A stretch of DNA of 64,000 nucleotides from Polyangiaceae bacterium (GTDB lineage: Bacteria > Myxococcota_A > Polyangia > Polyangiales > Polyangiaceae). Positions 60,423-64,000 of the stretch are shown here, in pieces (positions within the stretch are counted from its first letter, which is position 1; each line of letters opens with the position of its first letter). The position numbers were made by a program, and so were the translations under genes. The notes under the pieces were generated by a model, which searched no databases, was not told the origin of the DNA, and saw nothing but the letters and a program-made list of their open reading frames with translations. The DNA is taken from positions 1,568,001 to 1,632,000 of the forward strand of contig CBDCTZ010000016.1 of assembly GCA_965222375.1 (NCBI GenBank). The letters run 5' to 3'.

Positions 60423-61004
60423 TCAGGCACCGCCATCAACGATACGCTCTTCGAAGGGAACGAAGCGCGCGTACTCATCCAAGAAGCAAAGCGTAGACGG
60501 GTCGGCGCGATCGACGAAGAGCACGCCGTCCAAGTGGTCGCATTCATGTTGAAACACACTCGCCGCGGGCCCCTCCCAGGTTTGCTCCAGGGGGCGGCCA
60601 TGTCTATCCCGGGCCTGCACCCGCACTTTCCGCGGGCGACGAACTCGACCGCGAACCCCATGAACGCTGAGACAACCCTCGTACATCGTCACGGCGTCCT
60701 GCTCCGCTAAAGCCTCACCAGGCGTGCCCACGAGAGGAGTGAGCACCGGGTTGATCAGAACGACCAAGGGGATTTCGGGCAGTGCCGGGTAGCGGGGGTT
60801 CTCCGCGACTTCAATGATGGCCACGCGCACGGACTCGTGCACCTGAGGTGCCGCAATCCCGGCGCCGCTCGCGTCCCGCATGGTTTCCAGCATGTCGTCA
60901 ATCAGGCCTTGAATGGCCGGCGACGTAATCTGCTCCTGAGGAACCTCCTGCGCAGGCGTGCGCAGCACGGGGTGTCCAAGCTGTGCGATTTTCCGGATGG
61001 CCAT
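60423..61004 (-). CDS. def: Peptide deformylase
   Basis: GIAAPQV, EGCLS, QHECDHLDG. Confidence 0.97.
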   Translation of the reverse strand: MAIRKIAQLGHPVLRTPAQEVPQEQITSPAIQGLIDDMLETMRDASGAGIAAPQVHESVRVAIIEVAENPRYPALPEIPLVVLINPVLTPLVGTPGEALAEQDAVTMYEGCLSVHGVRGRVRRPRKVRVQARDRHGRPLEQTWEGPAASVFQHECDHLDGVLFVDRADPSTLCFLDEYARFVPFEERIVDGGA

Positions 61005-61090
61005 CCGCCCATGCTAGCGCGATTATGGGTGTATTGTCGTAGATCCGCCCCCCCAACGGGAGCCGGCGGTCGAACAAGAAGGTATGCCCC

Positions 61091-62089
61091 ATGACACGCT
61101 CAACGATTCTCGGCGTCGGTAGCTACGTGCCAGAGAAGGTCGTCAGCAACGACGACCTCGCGAAAATGATGACCACCAGCGATGAGTGGATCCAACAGCG
61201 TAGCGGCATCAAGGAGCGGCGCTTCATCGAAGAGGACGGCATCGGCGCTAGCGACCTAGCTGTGCCCGCTTGCAAGGCTGCTTTCGATCACGCCCGGATC
61301 GAGAAAGATGAAATCGACGCCATCATTTTCGCGACGCTGTCGCCAGACTACAATTTTCCCGGCTCCGGCTGCCTGCTCGGTCACAAGCTGGGGTTGCCTG
61401 GCGTGCCAGCCTTGGACGTTCGCAATCAATGCTCCGGCTTCTTGTATGGGCTTTCTGTTGCGGACGCTTGGGTTCGTGCTGACATGTACAAGAACGTGCT
61501 CTTGGTGGGAGGTGAAGTTCACAGCACCGGCCTGGACTTCACAGATCGCGGGCGCGACGTTGCGGTCTTGTTTGGAGATGGGGCGGGGGCGGTCGTCGTC
61601 GGGGCTTCACGCGATGACGACCACGGCTTGCTGAGTATCTGTCTGCACGCGGACGGCGTTGGCGCAGAGCATCTATGGGTCGAGGCTCCCGCGTCGAAAT
61701 ACATCCCGCGGCTCACTCCTGAAATGTTGGAGGAGGCCCGCCATTACCCGAGGATGAAGGGCAAGCAGGTCTTTCGATGGGCGACGGACAAGATGCCGGA
61801 AGTTGCCAACGAAGCTCTGGAGAAAGCCGGCCTTGCGATCGGTGACGTGGACCTATTCGTGCCCCACCAGGCCAACATGCGGATCAACCAACTCGTGGGC
61901 TGGCGCCTCGAGCTGGACGAAGAGAAAGTGGTGCACAACATCGAGAAATTCGGGAACACCACCGCGGCCACCATTCCCATGGCCCTCGACAAGGCGTTCA
62001 AGGAGGGGCGGGTGAAAGAGGATACCGTCGTGCTGTATGCTGCCTTTGGTGCCGGCTACACCTGGGCCGGCGGTGTCATGAGGTTTTGA
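61091..62089 (+). CDS. fabH: 3-oxoacyl-ACP synthase III
   Basis: NQCSGF (Cys), LFGDGAGA, PHQAN, GNTTAA, FGAG. Confidence 0.95.
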   Translation: MTRSTILGVGSYVPEKVVSNDDLAKMMTTSDEWIQQRSGIKERRFIEEDGIGASDLAVPACKAAFDHARIEKDEIDAIIFATLSPDYNFPGSGCLLGHKLGLPGVPALDVRNQCSGFLYGLSVADAWVRADMYKNVLLVGGEVHSTGLDFTDRGRDVAVLFGDGAGAVVVGASRDDDHGLLSICLHADGVGAEHLWVEAPASKYIPRLTPEMLEEARHYPRMKGKQVFRWATDKMPEVANEALEKAGLAIGDVDLFVPHQANMRINQLVGWRLELDEEKVVHNIEKFGNTTAATIPMALDKAFKEGRVKEDTVVLYAAFGAGYTWAGGVMRF

Positions 62090-62091
62090 GC

Positions 62092-62721
62092 GTGAGTCCA
62101 GAAAGACTGAAGGCCGGAAGTGAACGGCTGTGGCAGTTGATCGCCGCACGCTCAGAAAAGCATGCCGACACCGCTGCTATCGACAAGAAGATCTGGGATC
62201 TATTTGGTCAACGTTGGGCCGTGATGTTCACAGACCTGTCTGGGTTTTCTCGCAGCGTGGACGAGTTTGGCATTCTGCACTTCCTGCAGACCATCTACGA
62301 GCACAAGCAGCTTCTCTACCCCGTCATAGATGCACACGGCGGTGTGTTGGTGAAGGAAGAGGGTGATAGTCTCCTGCTGCTGTTCCGCGGAGTGGACTCG
62401 GCGCTGCGATGTGCCCAGGAGATGATTAGTCATTGCGATCGAGTCAACGCTCGGCGCAAGCCCGAGGAGCACATACTGCTCTGTGTAGGCATTGGTTACG
62501 GAGATATCCTTCGGGTCGCGGATGAAGATGTCTGGGGCCAGGAGGTCAATGCGGCGAGCAAGCTCGGCGAGGACCGCGCCGGACCGCGGGAGATCTTGCT
62601 GACGGCTGCGGCGCGGGCGGCATTGGGGGACGCGGCGCCAGCTGAAGTTTCGGAACTGGCCGAGAGCGTGGCTGGAACTCCCCGGAGTTTTCGCGTTCCG
62701 CCCTTGGCTGACGAGACATGA
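62092..62721 (+). CDS. Stand-alone class III adenylate/guanylate cyclase domain protein
   Basis: VMFTDLSGFS, VKEEGDS, CVGIGYG, DVWGQEVNAASKL. Confidence 0.88.
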   Translation: MSPERLKAGSERLWQLIAARSEKHADTAAIDKKIWDLFGQRWAVMFTDLSGFSRSVDEFGILHFLQTIYEHKQLLYPVIDAHGGVLVKEEGDSLLLLFRGVDSALRCAQEMISHCDRVNARRKPEEHILLCVGIGYGDILRVADEDVWGQEVNAASKLGEDRAGPREILLTAAARAALGDAAPAEVSELAESVAGTPRSFRVPPLADET

Positions 62722-63809
62722 AGACGCGCCGGCTCGCCGCGGTCGCCGCCTTGGCGCTTCTGAGTTGCACCACCGTGCTGGGGATCGACGGCGACTATGA
62801 CGACCAGGCGGATGCGGGGGTCGGCGGGTCCGGCGCAACCGGCGCTGTAGGCGGCTCGGGAGCTGCTGCAGGCGCGGCTGGCAGCGGCGGGATCTTCACG
62901 GGGACCGAGATCTGCGACAACGGCGTCGATGACGACGACAACGGCAAGACGGACTGTGAGGACCCTCAGTGCGCTGGCGCGGGATACCGCTGTGTGGACC
63001 CCGCGCCTGCCGGTTTCGTCGGGCCTATCGACTGGTACGCGGACCAGAAGTGCGCGCCGCCTTTCGCGACGGAGCATGCCAAGGGCGGCATCCAGGTCAC
63101 GGTTCCACCCGGGGGCACTTGCCCGACTTGCGCTTGCGGCTCTGCGACCGGCGAGCGTTGCGGCGTTGACGCGAACCTCTACGATCAGCTCGGCTGTGGT
63201 GGAAAGAGCATGGCCTTCGTGTTCGTGGGCAGTGGGACTTGCGTCAACACCGGCGAGCAGTTGTTCGGGCCAAAATCCGTCAAGCTCACGGGTACGGCGC
63301 GCGTAGTGCAAGGGAGCTGTGCGTCGAATTCCGCGGGCCAGAAGGCTTTTGAAAACCCGAGCTTCACCAACGATGTGCGCGCCTGCCGCGCGCAGCCTGG
63401 TGGCGGGTGCGCTGGCGGTCAGATCTGCGCGCCGCCCAATGGAGAGAACTCCACTTGCATCGCCCAAGACGGAGATGTGGCTTGCCCTAGCGGCTTTTCC
63501 AAGCGCCTGCTCTATCGCGGATGGCAAGACAGCCGGGATTGCACCGCCTGTGCGTGCGACCCGCCCACCGGCACCTGTCCCAGCAGCGCCGTGCCGTCTC
63601 TCTTCGACTCCGCCACGAGCTGCACCCAAGGTGAAATCGTGCTCAGCAGTAATTGCAGCAGTATCCCGCTGCACTCCAGCGGCACCTTTGCCTCCCGCAT
63701 GACGCTGCATACGGCCACTAATGTGACCTGCAAGGCCACCGGGGGCGCCATCACCGGGACCGTGACACCCAACGATCCGGTCACGGTGTGCTGTCGCCCA
63801 GCGACGTAG
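62718..63809 (+). CDS. Cys-rich lipoprotein
   Basis: LLSC lipobox; EICDNGVDDDDNGKTDCEDPQC; C-terminal TVCC; ATGA overlap. Confidence 0.88.
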   Translation: MKTRRLAAVAALALLSCTTVLGIDGDYDDQADAGVGGSGATGAVGGSGAAAGAAGSGGIFTGTEICDNGVDDDDNGKTDCEDPQCAGAGYRCVDPAPAGFVGPIDWYADQKCAPPFATEHAKGGIQVTVPPGGTCPTCACGSATGERCGVDANLYDQLGCGGKSMAFVFVGSGTCVNTGEQLFGPKSVKLTGTARVVQGSCASNSAGQKAFENPSFTNDVRACRAQPGGGCAGGQICAPPNGENSTCIAQDGDVACPSGFSKRLLYRGWQDSRDCTACACDPPTGTCPSSAVPSLFDSATSCTQGEIVLSSNCSSIPLHSSGTFASRMTLHTATNVTCKATGGAITGTVTPNDPVTVCCRPAT

Positions 63810-63849
63810 CCACGCCTGCCAATCGCGCACAGGCTTCGCGGGCCTGCGC

Positions 63850-63898
63850 GAGATTAGGGCACCAGGGCGCACCCGCGCCACGATCCCCAAATACCCAA
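63850..63898 (+). repeat. Dispersed bipartite motif, copy G
   Basis: GAGATTAGGG-N21-CGATCCCC AAATACCCAA. Confidence 0.7.
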
Positions 63899-64000
63899 GG
63901 CCTCAGTCTTGCGGAATGACGACGCTGACTGGAACCTCGACTTCCGGAAACGCTTCCGGCCGGGCGACGTCACCACCGCGCAGCACGCTGCATGATTGGT

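Noticed and set aside
1..64000. tRNA, rRNA, transposase, integrase or prophage structural genes
   Set aside because: None recognised by eye; a covariance-model or HMM search was not possible.

Overview
GC-rich bacterial chromosome segment. The many Cys/Gly-rich lipoproteins, four Hanks-type Ser/Thr kinases and the PEGA/TPR and FG-GAP proteins point to a myxobacterium of the Polyangia/Sorangiineae type (inference). Recognisable genes include a double-length uvrA, def, fabH, a DTW tRNA-modifying enzyme, a DUF1800/DUF1501 pair, three lipid enzymes, a class III cyclase, a cNMP-uridine kinase fusion and a small defence island (XRE-ImmA peptidase, PIN nuclease, VcaM4I-like EVE-HNH endonuclease). 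I saw no rRNA, tRNA, cas, integrase or transposase gene. The most striking unexplained signal is an intergenic bipartite motif, G(A/G)GA(G/T)TAG(T/G)G-N21-CGA(C/T)CCC plus an A/C-rich tail. It occurs seven times in strictly alternating orientation, and its inverted pairs bracket gene blocks. One block (S8 protease plus lipoprotein) also sits between two 427-bp copies of the uvrA 5' end. Two secreted proteases carry candidate phase-variation switches: an A12 tract in a -35/-10 spacer, and (CCAAGCAG)3 right after a start codon. There is also a probable MerB-like selenoprotein, a tandem array built from the shared CTAG stop of two convergent genes, a phage-like nucleotidyltransferase and a cluster of truncated genes downstream of uvrA. 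All family assignments are by eye from motifs; no searches were run.
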